Source: a virus (lineage: Duplodnaviria; Caudoviricetes). Taken from it: a stretch of 40,548 bases of DNA. A program made the translations under genes and the position numbers. The notes beneath the pieces were generated by a model, which saw nothing but the letters and a program-made list of their open reading frames with translations, searched no databases and was not told the DNA's origin. Shown here one piece after another: positions 18,933-27,879 of the stretch (position 1 is the first letter of the stretch; the number at the start of each line of letters is the position of its first letter). The stretch covers positions 1 to 40,548 of the IMG/VR virus record IMGVR_UViG_3300050162_000081; one strand, written 5' to 3'.

Positions 18933-19289
18933 ATGAAATTCGAGTTTGACATGACGAGAAAATCAATTCCTCAGGGAGATGTTTATTTAATTCCTATAAA
19001 GATGATTCCAGAAGAAGCAGTCATTATCGATCCGACGGATGGTGTGTTTATTATCGCTCATTCCGAAACAGGCCATTCGCATGTAATCAAGGAACGGCCT
19101 GATATCAAACAGTTCTCAGGTATGGATATGTTCCAGGGTTTCCTGGAGATCGGTTCAGATGAGCTAACTGAATTGATCCACCTTCGTTCTCATCATACAC
19201 ACCGGGCCCAGCCTATTCTTCCTGGCGCCTATCTCATTCAGCGACAAGGTCGTCCGACACCGGAAGGTTGGAAGCGAGCTGTAGACTAA
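18933..19289 (+). CDS. Small QGDV/ETGHxH His-motif protein, usual partner of DUF6745 proteins
   Basis: PQGDV…HSETGHSH…HHTH…PGAYLIQRQ…AVD; RBS AGGAG. Confidence 0.75.
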   Translation: MKFEFDMTRKSIPQGDVYLIPIKMIPEEAVIIDPTDGVFIIAHSETGHSHVIKERPDIKQFSGMDMFQGFLEIGSDELTELIHLRSHHTHRAQPILPGAYLIQRQGRPTPEGWKRAVD

Positions 19290-19299
19290 TAGTGTACTC

Positions 19300-19343
19300 A
19301 TGGGTAGGAGGCATATGCCTCCTACCCATACTCTTTTATTTTT
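19300..19343 (+). terminator. Rho-independent terminator
   Basis: ATGGGTAGGAGGC-ATAT-GCCTCCTACCCAT, followed by a T-rich tract. Confidence 0.75.
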
Positions 19344-19410
19344 GTAAACTTTGTTAATATCACAAATACAACTATCAGATGATCAGTGTAAATCAGATGC
19401 ATCGAATCAC

Positions 19411-19418
19411 TATATTAC
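19411..19418 (+). promoter_or_regulatory. phiKZ-type early promoter motif TATATTAC
   Basis: Exact match before RBS AAGGAG. Confidence 0.65.
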
Positions 19419-19441
19419 TGATATGAAATAAGGAGATTTGT

Positions 19442-19774
19442 ATGCGTAGACAAGACTACCTCAATAGAGCTCAAGTTATCCTCGATGAGGCGCAGAGGCG
19501 CATAGATGAAGAAATTCATCCATGTAATAAGTGTAAATTTTATAAACATGGTAGTCGGACGTTGCTGATAGATAGCGAGTGTACTCACCCAATCGTACAA
19601 GTACTCATTAATAATACTACCAATGGTAGTGCCAAACGAGATTTACAAAGATGTGATACACAAAGGTCGACTCATAGCACGTGGGGATCAACTGTATGCG
19701 GTCCAGATGGTGAGCTATTCGAAATGGAAACTAGATCGATATTTCGTCAATTTATAGATTGGATGTTTAAATGA
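19442..19774 (+). CDS. Cys-rich protein (CxxC…C…C…CGPDG..FE)
   Basis: Paralogue of the 35736 ORF. Confidence 0.65.
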   Translation: MRRQDYLNRAQVILDEAQRRIDEEIHPCNKCKFYKHGSRTLLIDSECTHPIVQVLINNTTNGSAKRDLQRCDTQRSTHSTWGSTVCGPDGELFEMETRSIFRQFIDWMFK

Positions 19775-20427
19775 GTAATATCGTAAGTTATGATAAATAT
19801 CATACTCTAAAAAATTATGGGTACTCCATTGATGCCAATGGCGAATGTCCTTATTGGTTGACCAAAGAATATACCCCCAATATCGTATACGATAGCGAAA
19901 ATGAACATGGATTCGTTGTCGGGTGGCCTAACGACTGGTCTCTTGTGCGAGTGATCAGACTACCCTACGATCACACTTGGTATACGTATGATTTGTTCGT
20001 GGCTAAGTATTGTGAGATTCTTATCTACTGGCCTGGATTTGGTGTAGTATCAGATGACTGGGATGGCGAAGAAGTCCTACTCCGAAATGGTTCATACGCG
20101 ACAGCATCTCGCTGGGATCATCTAGGTAAGCCAGATGATGTAATCGGATTACGCTTCAAACCAGAAGTGGAGCTCACTCCGATGAATGAGACCTCAACTA
20201 TCGCTGAGACGTTTAAATTGACCTCTGAGGATATGAGTAAACTTAACGATATCATTAAAAGTGAATCCTCGGATGATTTCAAATATGCGATCGCTGAGCT
20301 ATTGGTACATAGGCGAATCCTGGTAAATACTTTTAAGAGGATCCTCAGACTAAATGATGAGTATGATGTACGACTCATAAAAAGTATGGCTTATTTCGAT
20401 CTACATATAGTAGGAGAATCTTTATGA
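19771..20427 (+). CDS. Hypothetical protein
   Basis: 218 aa, overlapping start. Confidence 0.65.
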   Translation: MSNIVSYDKYHTLKNYGYSIDANGECPYWLTKEYTPNIVYDSENEHGFVVGWPNDWSLVRVIRLPYDHTWYTYDLFVAKYCEILIYWPGFGVVSDDWDGEEVLLRNGSYATASRWDHLGKPDDVIGLRFKPEVELTPMNETSTIAETFKLTSEDMSKLNDIIKSESSDDFKYAIAELLVHRRILVNTFKRILRLNDEYDVRLIKSMAYFDLHIVGESL

Positions 20428-21089
20428 GTAATATCAAACACATAGTCCTTATGAAACATAGATCTACTCCATTGGATCGCAAATTGCGAGATATACTGGA
20501 TAATCGAGATAAAGTACTAACAGATTTTATTAAGACATATGAGTCATCTAGTGTACATGTACCTAAACGATTATCTTATAACTTTAGTTCTACTAACACT
20601 GGTCCGACTAGTGTGGGTATTACTGACATCAGAGTGAGTTATACCCTACCGATTCTCGAGTATCCTATTCTTCAGGATGAGTTGGAGATATATGATTTCT
20701 TCTTTGATGTCTACATAAAGTATAGAAATCTACTACTATCTAAGATAGCTGATGAGATAGAACATCGAAGAGTCTCTGTTTGGCGACGCCCTGATGACGT
20801 AGTGAACACGATAATTATGTTACTACATCACATGGTATTTCGTATGTCAGAAGGTACGCTCACTAGATCAGAGCTAAGTGAGCTACATCTACTATACCGA
20901 GATCATCTGGGATCAGCGCCCCCGCCAGCTTATGCATACAACGCATTAATGATTCTGTGGTCACACCTACGGGATAATAACCCACTGTGGCTGAGTACAA
21001 TAGTGAATTCGTCAGTAGTGGGTAGTTGGTATAATTATGTATACAATGAGAAAGGGTATCGTAATACTCCTAGACCATCACAAATATAG
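20424..21089 (+). CDS. Hypothetical protein
   Basis: 221 aa, RBS AGGAG, ATGA overlap. Confidence 0.65.
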   Translation: MSNIKHIVLMKHRSTPLDRKLRDILDNRDKVLTDFIKTYESSSVHVPKRLSYNFSSTNTGPTSVGITDIRVSYTLPILEYPILQDELEIYDFFFDVYIKYRNLLLSKIADEIEHRRVSVWRRPDDVVNTIIMLLHHMVFRMSEGTLTRSELSELHLLYRDHLGSAPPPAYAYNALMILWSHLRDNNPLWLSTIVNSSVVGSWYNYVYNEKGYRNTPRPSQI

Positions 21090-21120
21090 TACGATATTAG
21101 GAAAGATAGGATATGAACTT

Positions 21121-21441
21121 ATGACAACCGTTAATCAAAATGACTCTTCTGAACACTGCAAGATCACGAATCAATCTTCGTATGGTAGAATGGGTGCGGA
21201 TGTATTTCTTCAGTTACCCAAAACACTACCTTACAATGATTTTCCAATTGATCGAGAACTGGCCGAGCTGTCTCTTACTTATCTAGAAAATATAGATGAT
21301 ACAGAATCTGGAGAATGTATCATAATTGATAGTTTGACTGAATATCAAGAATATATGCAGAGTGGTTTGAATTATAGCGGTAGAGGGTTGCTACAACAAA
21401 CTGGAGCCGAACGACATCTACCGAGATTAATAAAATTATAG
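21121..21441 (+). CDS. Hypothetical protein
   Basis: RBS AGGA before ATG 21121. Confidence 0.5.
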   Translation: MTTVNQNDSSEHCKITNQSSYGRMGADVFLQLPKTLPYNDFPIDRELAELSLTYLENIDDTESGECIIIDSLTEYQEYMQSGLNYSGRGLLQQTGAERHLPRLIKL

Positions 21442-21493
21442 CTACTCGCAGTAAAAATAGAGCTAAAAATAAAAGAGCTCGAAAGGCTAGGCG

Positions 21494-22207
21494 ATGCAAG
21501 TCTTAAACACTCATCATGTCGGCGGGGTAGATCATCTACCTCCAAATAGTGTGTATGTGGGTAGACCCAGCCCTTATGGGAATGAATACAGTTCTAAGAG
21601 TGGTAAGTACTCTAAAGAAGAATCTGTGGCTATGCACCGCATATCTCTCTATAAACGACTGATCGAAGATAAGTCTTATTTTGACACATTGAAAAATGGA
21701 CTACTGGGTAAAGATCTAGCATGTTGGTGCAAACATCCCAAGAGATTCTTTCCATGCCATGCCGATAACTACGTCCATCTATTCTTACCTGAGTTTATCA
21801 CTAGGCCGTATAATAAGAGTGTCCTCTACTATTTAGTAGAAGATCTTAAACACACTCTTAAAATACTCAGTACCAAACTAATGGTAGAAGTATCCGATGA
21901 CTATTGGGTGAGACTCTATGCTAGCTCACAGGACATCAAAATCGATCTAGGTGAAGTACTACGTGAATACAAAGAGGAAAAGATAGAAGCTTATCCATTA
22001 TGTATCATGCTAGCATTTATCCTAGTGGATTTAGAAGCCTGTGAGAATGAAACTGATCCTGATATATTAGACTATCGCTTACTACATGTAGAATGGAATG
22101 TATATCGTAATACTACCGAGACAGATGATAGAGCCAATGAGCCTATCCATCCAGCCGTAACTATTAAGAAGCCTAAGAAATTACCTAAAGTATCGGATGA
22201 ATCATGA
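21494..22207 (+). CDS. DUF4326-domain protein with C-terminal extension
   Basis: VYVGRPSPYGN…GKDLACWC…PCHAD. Confidence 0.8.
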   Translation: MQVLNTHHVGGVDHLPPNSVYVGRPSPYGNEYSSKSGKYSKEESVAMHRISLYKRLIEDKSYFDTLKNGLLGKDLACWCKHPKRFFPCHADNYVHLFLPEFITRPYNKSVLYYLVEDLKHTLKILSTKLMVEVSDDYWVRLYASSQDIKIDLGEVLREYKEEKIEAYPLCIMLAFILVDLEACENETDPDILDYRLLHVEWNVYRNTTETDDRANEPIHPAVTIKKPKKLPKVSDES

Positions 22208-22230
22208 GAGGTGCGTGAGCACCTCTCATG
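22203..22230 (+). terminator. Stem-loop with GTGA loop
   Basis: CATGAGAGGTGC-GTGA-GCACCTCTCATG. Confidence 0.6.
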
Positions 22231-22322
22231 TCTAAAAAGATCATCTTTTAATTACTAATCATGTTAGGGAGCTTTGTATCTGACACTATCAAAATGGAGT
22301 GTCTAAACAGGAGTAATGTGAC

Positions 22323-22658
22323 ATGATTAATACCACTCGTTTGTTTTTAGATTGCCAGAAAGTCATAGATGGCTATACCGCCACAGGTGATACTGAGTCG
22401 GTAGAGATATTCACCAGAATCAGAGATCAGATAGCTCAAGTCACACATGAAAACATCAGACTGAAAGCTATCCATAACTCTCCTGTGTATCCAGAAATGT
22501 TACTGTATAAGACTAGATCAGAAAAATATGAAAAAAGAATAACTGCTTTAGAAAATATCACTAACCAATTCATCAGCACATTCGCCGATCACACTGAGGA
22601 TCCTGAGATCAATGACCTTATTACTTTGGCCAGTGAATTGGTAGGACTACCTAATTAG
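22323..22658 (+). CDS. Hypothetical protein
   Basis: RBS AGGAG. Confidence 0.6.
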   Translation: MINTTRLFLDCQKVIDGYTATGDTESVEIFTRIRDQIAQVTHENIRLKAIHNSPVYPEMLLYKTRSEKYEKRITALENITNQFISTFADHTEDPEINDLITLASELVGLPN

Positions 22659-22667
22659 GAGACAATT

Positions 22668-22832
22668 ATGTTTCGTATTCTTTATAGAGTGGTACTCTTT
22701 ACTCTAATTTGTCTTGTAGGGGCCATCACAGCCTGTTCGATGGGTTATGTGATAGTGGGTATAGTACTGTGGATGTTTGTAGCTGCAGGCGTCTTAGACA
22801 CTATCTCTACCTATATGAAGAACCAGGATTAA
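22668..22832 (+). CDS. Small two-TM membrane protein (54 aa, not in track)
   Basis: RBS AGGAG; MFRILYRVVLFTLICLVG…. Confidence 0.6.
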   Translation: MFRILYRVVLFTLICLVGAITACSMGYVIVGIVLWMFVAAGVLDTISTYMKNQD

Positions 22833-22872
22833 TAACCCCCAGCTAGATACTAGAACAAAAGGTACCAAGTAG

Positions 22873-23388
22873 ATGATACATGACGAAATACGGAACTTAA
22901 CAAATACAATCACGACTACATTGGGTAAATCCACTCCAGAAGAATTCAAAGCGCATATAACCGCTAAGAACAATCTACATGCATTACTCATGAATAATGC
23001 TTCTAAGATAGCTGATCTATTCGAAAAAGAAGATACTGTCGCAAAGCCAGTAAATACCTGGCGCGAAGCTGTGATAGGCGAGCTATGCGTATGGAATTGT
23101 CTACCGGACAATGTAGTGGATGATCCACAGGCTGCATTACAGTTACTACTGAAATTAGAGCGTGAGATGGCTTTAGATCCTAAAGTATCTGAGGATGCTG
23201 ATACGCTACTCAATAGAGGGCACACAGAAGGTGCTCAGGCCATGAAGATTAAAGCTGGAGTAGTAATCCTCCAGACAGATAGTAAGCCTCTTAATAACCG
23301 AGGCGCCGCCGCTATGGACATATCCAGAATAAATGTCGCTGAAGTAGTTGACAAGCTAAAGGGACAGGTGTTCTCATATGAAATATAA
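22873..23388 (+). CDS. Hypothetical protein
   Basis: 171 aa, RBS AAGGT. Confidence 0.65.
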   Translation: MIHDEIRNLTNTITTTLGKSTPEEFKAHITAKNNLHALLMNNASKIADLFEKEDTVAKPVNTWREAVIGELCVWNCLPDNVVDDPQAALQLLLKLEREMALDPKVSEDADTLLNRGHTEGAQAMKIKAGVVILQTDSKPLNNRGAAAMDISRINVAEVVDKLKGQVFSYEI

Positions 23389-23977
23389 AATATATCATTC
23401 AGTATTAGTCGGCTATCTAGTATTCAGCATAGCCTTACTTTGCGGCATTCCTGTCTGGAATCATGGGTTTGCATTAAGTAATCCAGATGCCAGTGATTTA
23501 GGGGCTATGGTAACTATACTTAACTACATCACATTGGATATGATCGAATCGTATCTTTCTTCTAAAGAACCGAAAAAAGAAGTCATCCCCACAGAACAGA
23601 CTAGATCGACCGACTATGTGACTTTACTAAATAGACTAGAAAACAGTGATGATGAAAAAATCAACACATTACTCACTGATTGGTTTTATTTCATAGCAGG
23701 TTATCCCAATCGGGGATCCTCCATATTACCAGATGGTAGGTCGTGGTCTCAGGTCAATGGTTGTTTCACTAAGCTCATCACTGAGGGGAGCTATGTTAGT
23801 GCTGTATTACTCATGCTACCTGACGAGTATGAAGTAAAGTTAGAGGTGAATCCAGACGATCCTTCTGATAGAAAATTTTATCTCAAAAACAAGATTAATG
23901 GTGAGATAATCAATAGTGATATCGAATCAGGATCACTGTCACTTGCAGAATGTATCTTAAAGATAAAGGGGGCTTAG
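23378..23977 (+). CDS. Membrane-anchored hypothetical protein
   Basis: N-terminal TM; RBS AGGTG. Confidence 0.6.
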   Translation: MKYKIYHSVLVGYLVFSIALLCGIPVWNHGFALSNPDASDLGAMVTILNYITLDMIESYLSSKEPKKEVIPTEQTRSTDYVTLLNRLENSDDEKINTLLTDWFYFIAGYPNRGSSILPDGRSWSQVNGCFTKLITEGSYVSAVLLMLPDEYEVKLEVNPDDPSDRKFYLKNKINGEIINSDIESGSLSLAECILKIKGA

Positions 23978-23978
23978 T

Positions 23979-24518
23979 ATGACTAAAAATACAACCGAAG
24001 AAGAAGCTCCAGAATATGCGATTGGATTACTCACTGAGGAAGCTGGTGAGATTAATCAGATGGTCGGCAAATGGATTAGGTTTGGTCCTGATCACGCTCG
24101 CGCAAAAGACGGACTCACTTCTCGCAAAGGATTGTCTCTAGAAGTTGGCGATATCTTAGCTGCTATCGAGTATGGTCTATCTGCTGGGATACTGGATAAG
24201 GACATCGTCGCTACTCAGCATGTAGCTAAGCTTACTAAGCTACTGGATGAGAATTCCAAGGATGACCAAGGTAATAGACTAGCTCCACCAGTCAATCTAC
24301 TGAGATACCAACCAACTCACGATACTGAAACACTCATGTATCTGAGTAAGTGGGTAGAACGTGGTTTATTCGATTCTCGGGTGACTCCTACAGAAGCAAT
24401 GTCTGTGATCGCTTACTATCCCAGTATGCCTTGGAAGACAGGGGTTTGGGATGTAAATCACAAACCATATGCCGAAGAGTTCTATACGAAGTTTCCGAAA
24501 GCTAGACCTAAGGATTAG
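23979..24518 (+). CDS. MazG-like NTP pyrophosphohydrolase-domain protein
   Basis: LTEEAGE…KWIRFG…LEVGDILA. Confidence 0.7.
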   Translation: MTKNTTEEEAPEYAIGLLTEEAGEINQMVGKWIRFGPDHARAKDGLTSRKGLSLEVGDILAAIEYGLSAGILDKDIVATQHVAKLTKLLDENSKDDQGNRLAPPVNLLRYQPTHDTETLMYLSKWVERGLFDSRVTPTEAMSVIAYYPSMPWKTGVWDVNHKPYAEEFYTKFPKARPKD

Positions 24519-24522
24519 TATT

Positions 24523-24675
24523 ATGATCATTGAACTGTTAGGTTTACTACTCGTACTACTGATACTACCTGTAGTGGTAGTATGTATAGTGATCTTCTAT
24601 CTCGTGTTGGTGGGGGTATACATTATACTAACCCCTGTGTTCTGGATCGTGGATAGGATCTATTGTAATGATTGA
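24523..24675 (+). CDS. Small hydrophobic membrane protein
   Basis: RBS AAGGA; almost fully hydrophobic. Confidence 0.55.
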   Translation: MIIELLGLLLVLLILPVVVVCIVIFYLVLVGVYIILTPVFWIVDRIYCND

Positions 24676-25261
24676 TTATTTGGACATAAGTGTTGACTTA
24701 GAGACGTGGGGTAAGCGAGCCGGATTTGATCTGCGATCTATAGGCGCTGCTCCCTTCGATATAAATGGTATTGTGGACTATAGCGCAGACGATTACTTCT
24801 ATACCGCGGTAGACAATCCGATCGTCAATGAAGAAACTCAAGAACGTATGTGGGCGCTCAAGCGTGATCCAGAAACTGTACAGTGGTGGTCAGAACAATC
24901 ACAAGAAGCTAGAGCTGCATTTATTAATCCAGTGAGATTAGATGTAGGTCTACAACTATTTGTGGATTGGTTAGATAAACTAGTTAAAATTCATAATAGA
25001 CCTATACGAATGTGGGCGCACGGAGCCGCTTTTGACCCACCTATCCTCGCGGAAGCCTTTGAGGTAGTCTTAGGATATACTCCATGGTTCTACAGAGCCC
25101 CTAGAGACACTAGGACCGCATTCGACTTTGCAGACATCGATGATCATACTGGACTACTCAAACGATTTAATGCTGGTGTACAACATCATGCGCTTTATGA
25201 TGCAATTACGCAAGCTAGAGCCATTACCTATTCGTATAGTATCCGAAAGAGAGTCATATGA
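24668..25261 (+). CDS. DEDDh 3'-5' exonuclease (Rv2179c / exonuclease VIII-like)
   Basis: VDLET, WAHGAAFD, RDTRT, HHALYDA. Confidence 0.85.
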   Translation: MIDYLDISVDLETWGKRAGFDLRSIGAAPFDINGIVDYSADDYFYTAVDNPIVNEETQERMWALKRDPETVQWWSEQSQEARAAFINPVRLDVGLQLFVDWLDKLVKIHNRPIRMWAHGAAFDPPILAEAFEVVLGYTPWFYRAPRDTRTAFDFADIDDHTGLLKRFNAGVQHHALYDAITQARAITYSYSIRKRVI

Positions 25262-25638
25262 CAGATAAACCAACATGTAATATTTTAGGTAGTACTATTA
25301 ATCCTGGCATGAGTCCTGAGCTAGTGGAGCTACTAGAAAAAGCTAGACACATTAAGATTACTCCCACTATGCGTTTTGATCAGAAAGTATCATTCGTATC
25401 ATCTGGACTATCTGACTATTCGCCAGAGAAAAAAGCTGAATTACGAAAACGCTTAGTAGAAGAAGCCTCAGTGCCTCAAGAATTACTGGATGAAGCAGTA
25501 GCTAAGTATAAACTATCTCTCATAAACCGACTCGAGAAAATTAAAGATAGTTATGATAGTACCCCAGGGATGTCTTCTACATATGCATCAACTACTATCT
25601 CCAAAGTAATTGAGTCGATAAAAGATGACTCGCTTTAA
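25258..25638 (+). CDS. Hypothetical protein
   Basis: ATGA overlap. Confidence 0.6.
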   Translation: MTDKPTCNILGSTINPGMSPELVELLEKARHIKITPTMRFDQKVSFVSSGLSDYSPEKKAELRKRLVEEASVPQELLDEAVAKYKLSLINRLEKIKDSYDSTPGMSSTYASTTISKVIESIKDDSL

Positions 25639-25897
25639 CACTGGTCCTATACTACCATGGCAAGAATATCCAGGACAGATACCATCGAGTATGAAACTAC
25701 TTACTAGACTATATAGATCCGGTCAGTACGGATTACCTGTGGGTGCTGGTTCTAGACATCTAGGTGGTATCAAATTAGATGTAGCACATAAGCTAGTCCG
25801 TAATGGACTAGCTTATGTCTCTAGAAACAATAAAGGCGAGATAGTTAGAATCTATCCCTGTCAGTATTCATTTAATTTTTATAATTTAAGGCACTGA
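25625..25897 (+). CDS. Hypothetical protein
   Basis: Overlapping ORF in the operon. Confidence 0.5.
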   Translation: MTRFNTGPILPWQEYPGQIPSSMKLLTRLYRSGQYGLPVGAGSRHLGGIKLDVAHKLVRNGLAYVSRNNKGEIVRIYPCQYSFNFYNLRH

Positions 25898-25952
25898 CAA
25901 TCTTGGTCGATCAGATACGATCTATGATACCAATTTCGGAAATTTAAATCGC

Positions 25953-25960
25953 TATATTAC
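25953..25960 (+). promoter_or_regulatory. phiKZ-type early promoter motif TATATTAC
   Basis: Exact match, intergenic. Confidence 0.65.
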
Positions 25961-26008
25961 TTTCATGAAGAATGATCTTCAATTTATAGGTATACAGGAT
26001 ATTAGATC

Positions 26009-26128
26009 ATGCTTATCAAAGTTAAGAATCCCGAAGTCTACAAAGCTCGAATCGACCATTATCTCAGTATGGGATTTGAGCCATGCATGGCTAGACTAAA
26101 AGCTTTTAAGGATAGCCAGAGCTCATAG
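26009..26128 (+). CDS. Small protein (39 aa, not in track)
   Basis: RBS AGGA; MLIKVKNPEVYKARIDHY…. Confidence 0.5.
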   Translation: MLIKVKNPEVYKARIDHYLSMGFEPCMARLKAFKDSQSS

Positions 26129-26138
26129 GAGTTTGATT

Positions 26139-26306
26139 ATGTCTGAGACATCTCCGCCCATCAAATCCGCAACGGAACATGAAAAATGCGACTGCGGTAA
26201 TAACCTCCGCACTCGATGGGAGAAGTTTAGTACTACGTGCTCGAAGTGTTCGCCTATCGACAGGCCTCCTTCGAAAGACAAATACAGTAATCTATTTGAC
26301 TACTGA
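26139..26306 (+). CDS. Small zinc-ribbon-like protein (55 aa, not in track)
   Basis: RBS TAGGAG; CDCG…CSKC. Confidence 0.55.
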   Translation: MSETSPPIKSATEHEKCDCGNNLRTRWEKFSTTCSKCSPIDRPPSKDKYSNLFDY

Positions 26307-26330
26307 TATATCATTAATGAAGAGATTGTC

Positions 26331-27071
26331 ATGACTAGATCAGTTCCTACAAAATACTTCCGGGAAAAGAAAAGTCCTCGTGGTGAATTCCCATTCCAAG
26401 ACTACCACTGCTATGGAGGTTTTGGTAGTGATGGGGTATACCGTTACCAACTCGTCCATAAGGACACTTATGAAAAGCTCTACCTCAGTCGAGCTCGATA
26501 CAACATGTGTGTCCATCTCAAACGTATCCTCACTAAGGATGAGCGAGTAGAGAAGATCGATGGCCCTAGTGATGAACTGGATAATCTAAAACTCATCACA
26601 CCTCAGATCAGAGCAGAGATACAGAAGGCTAACTTAACTAAACACTGTGTCATCTGCGATAGTGAATTCGTAGCGATCCGCGATCGTACTAAGACATGTT
26701 CACTAGAGTGTAAGAACGCGCTCAAGCGTCAATCGATGACAGGAACTACTGCGGCTACACTAGCGGCCAAATGCGTCGAGTGCGGTAGTCGATTTATAGC
26801 TCAGTCGCCTAGAGCTATCACATGTAGTGATCGGTGTCGTTATACTAGAAAGAGGAAACTTGGCGGCCATATGGCTAGCGATGGTAGTTATATCTCCAAA
26901 CCTAGTACCAATCGTGTGCGTAAACCTAAAGTCATAAAACCAAAAGAGACGTTTCGTAATAAATGTGAAATTTGTGAACATTATTTCACCGCTAAAACCC
27001 CTGAGCAGGACGTATGCTTCAGCCATCATTGTCAAACTGTATTAGTAGAACTAGGGAACTTGGATATATGA
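26331..27071 (+). CDS. Zinc-finger repeat protein with degenerate HNH-like segment
   Basis: Three CxxC…F…C..(.)C repeats; RARYNMCVHLKRILTKDERVEKIDG…DELDNL. Confidence 0.65.
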   Translation: MTRSVPTKYFREKKSPRGEFPFQDYHCYGGFGSDGVYRYQLVHKDTYEKLYLSRARYNMCVHLKRILTKDERVEKIDGPSDELDNLKLITPQIRAEIQKANLTKHCVICDSEFVAIRDRTKTCSLECKNALKRQSMTGTTAATLAAKCVECGSRFIAQSPRAITCSDRCRYTRKRKLGGHMASDGSYISKPSTNRVRKPKVIKPKETFRNKCEICEHYFTAKTPEQDVCFSHHCQTVLVELGNLDI

Positions 27072-27370
27072 CATATGAGTCGGAGAGTATGGATTATCTG
27101 GAGATCCTCAGGATAGATTTAGCTGCTTCTAGGATAAGAGCTAATCGAGGAGATCTGGATAACAACATCCCGATGGGTGTGCAGATCACCGAGGACGACA
27201 TCAAAGCAGCTATACTCGAGTTCTACGGCAATGAACCTGAGTATGCGCCATGGATGATCAATGTACTACTCAGGATATATAAGACATCCAAAGAAGAACA
27301 TGATTCAGTCTCACAGATGATGACTGAAGTTTTCACACCATTATTTCCTAATTTAGGGAGGTTTATATGA
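27068..27370 (+). CDS. Hypothetical protein
   Basis: ATGA overlap. Confidence 0.6.
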   Translation: MTYESESMDYLEILRIDLAASRIRANRGDLDNNIPMGVQITEDDIKAAILEFYGNEPEYAPWMINVLLRIYKTSKEEHDSVSQMMTEVFTPLFPNLGRFI

Positions 27371-27816
27371 CGGATGTCAAAACTAACAGAATGATATATC
27401 GTGGATATGACGTATGGTCGGATTCGTCAAATACTGTGCGCGTAAAGCGTGTCGAAGTGGGTGGTAACAACCACTATGATGTCTCCGAATATAATAGTTC
27501 TGGAGGCTTAATTAATCGCTGGGGTCACTGGTCCAATCCGAAACCAGCGCTCCATCTCGCAGATATATTAGTAGAACTGACCGCACTGCGAAGGGATCAT
27601 GAATACCTAAAGCAGATATGCGGTATTGTAGATAATCCTACGGGAATGGTCGGTAAAGCTCTTTCGGAAAATACTCTAGTACTGACCCCATCCGGGCCCA
27701 AACGACTGGTTGATCTTAAACCTGGAGATACAGTGTTGGAACGACCGGGATCGCCCTCTCTCACTACTGCCGAGTTTTCGGAGAAGTCTGATGACTTCTT
27801 TGTTCGACCTATCTAA
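27367..27816 (+). CDS. Hypothetical protein ending in an intein N-terminal fragment
   Basis: RBS GGAGG; C-terminal GK-ALSENTLVLTPSGPKRLVDLKPGDTV. Confidence 0.7.
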   Translation: MTDVKTNRMIYRGYDVWSDSSNTVRVKRVEVGGNNHYDVSEYNSSGGLINRWGHWSNPKPALHLADILVELTALRRDHEYLKQICGIVDNPTGMVGKALSENTLVLTPSGPKRLVDLKPGDTVLERPGSPSLTTAEFSEKSDDFFVRPI

Positions 27817-27842
27817 TAACTAATCTCATCCCAGTGAATCGA

Positions 27843-27850
27843 TATATTAT
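27843..27850 (+). promoter_or_regulatory. Early promoter-like variant TATATTAT
   Basis: Intergenic, before RBS AAAGGT. Confidence 0.45.
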
Positions 27851-27879
27851 TCACTGATCAAACTAAGAAAGGTAGAAAT

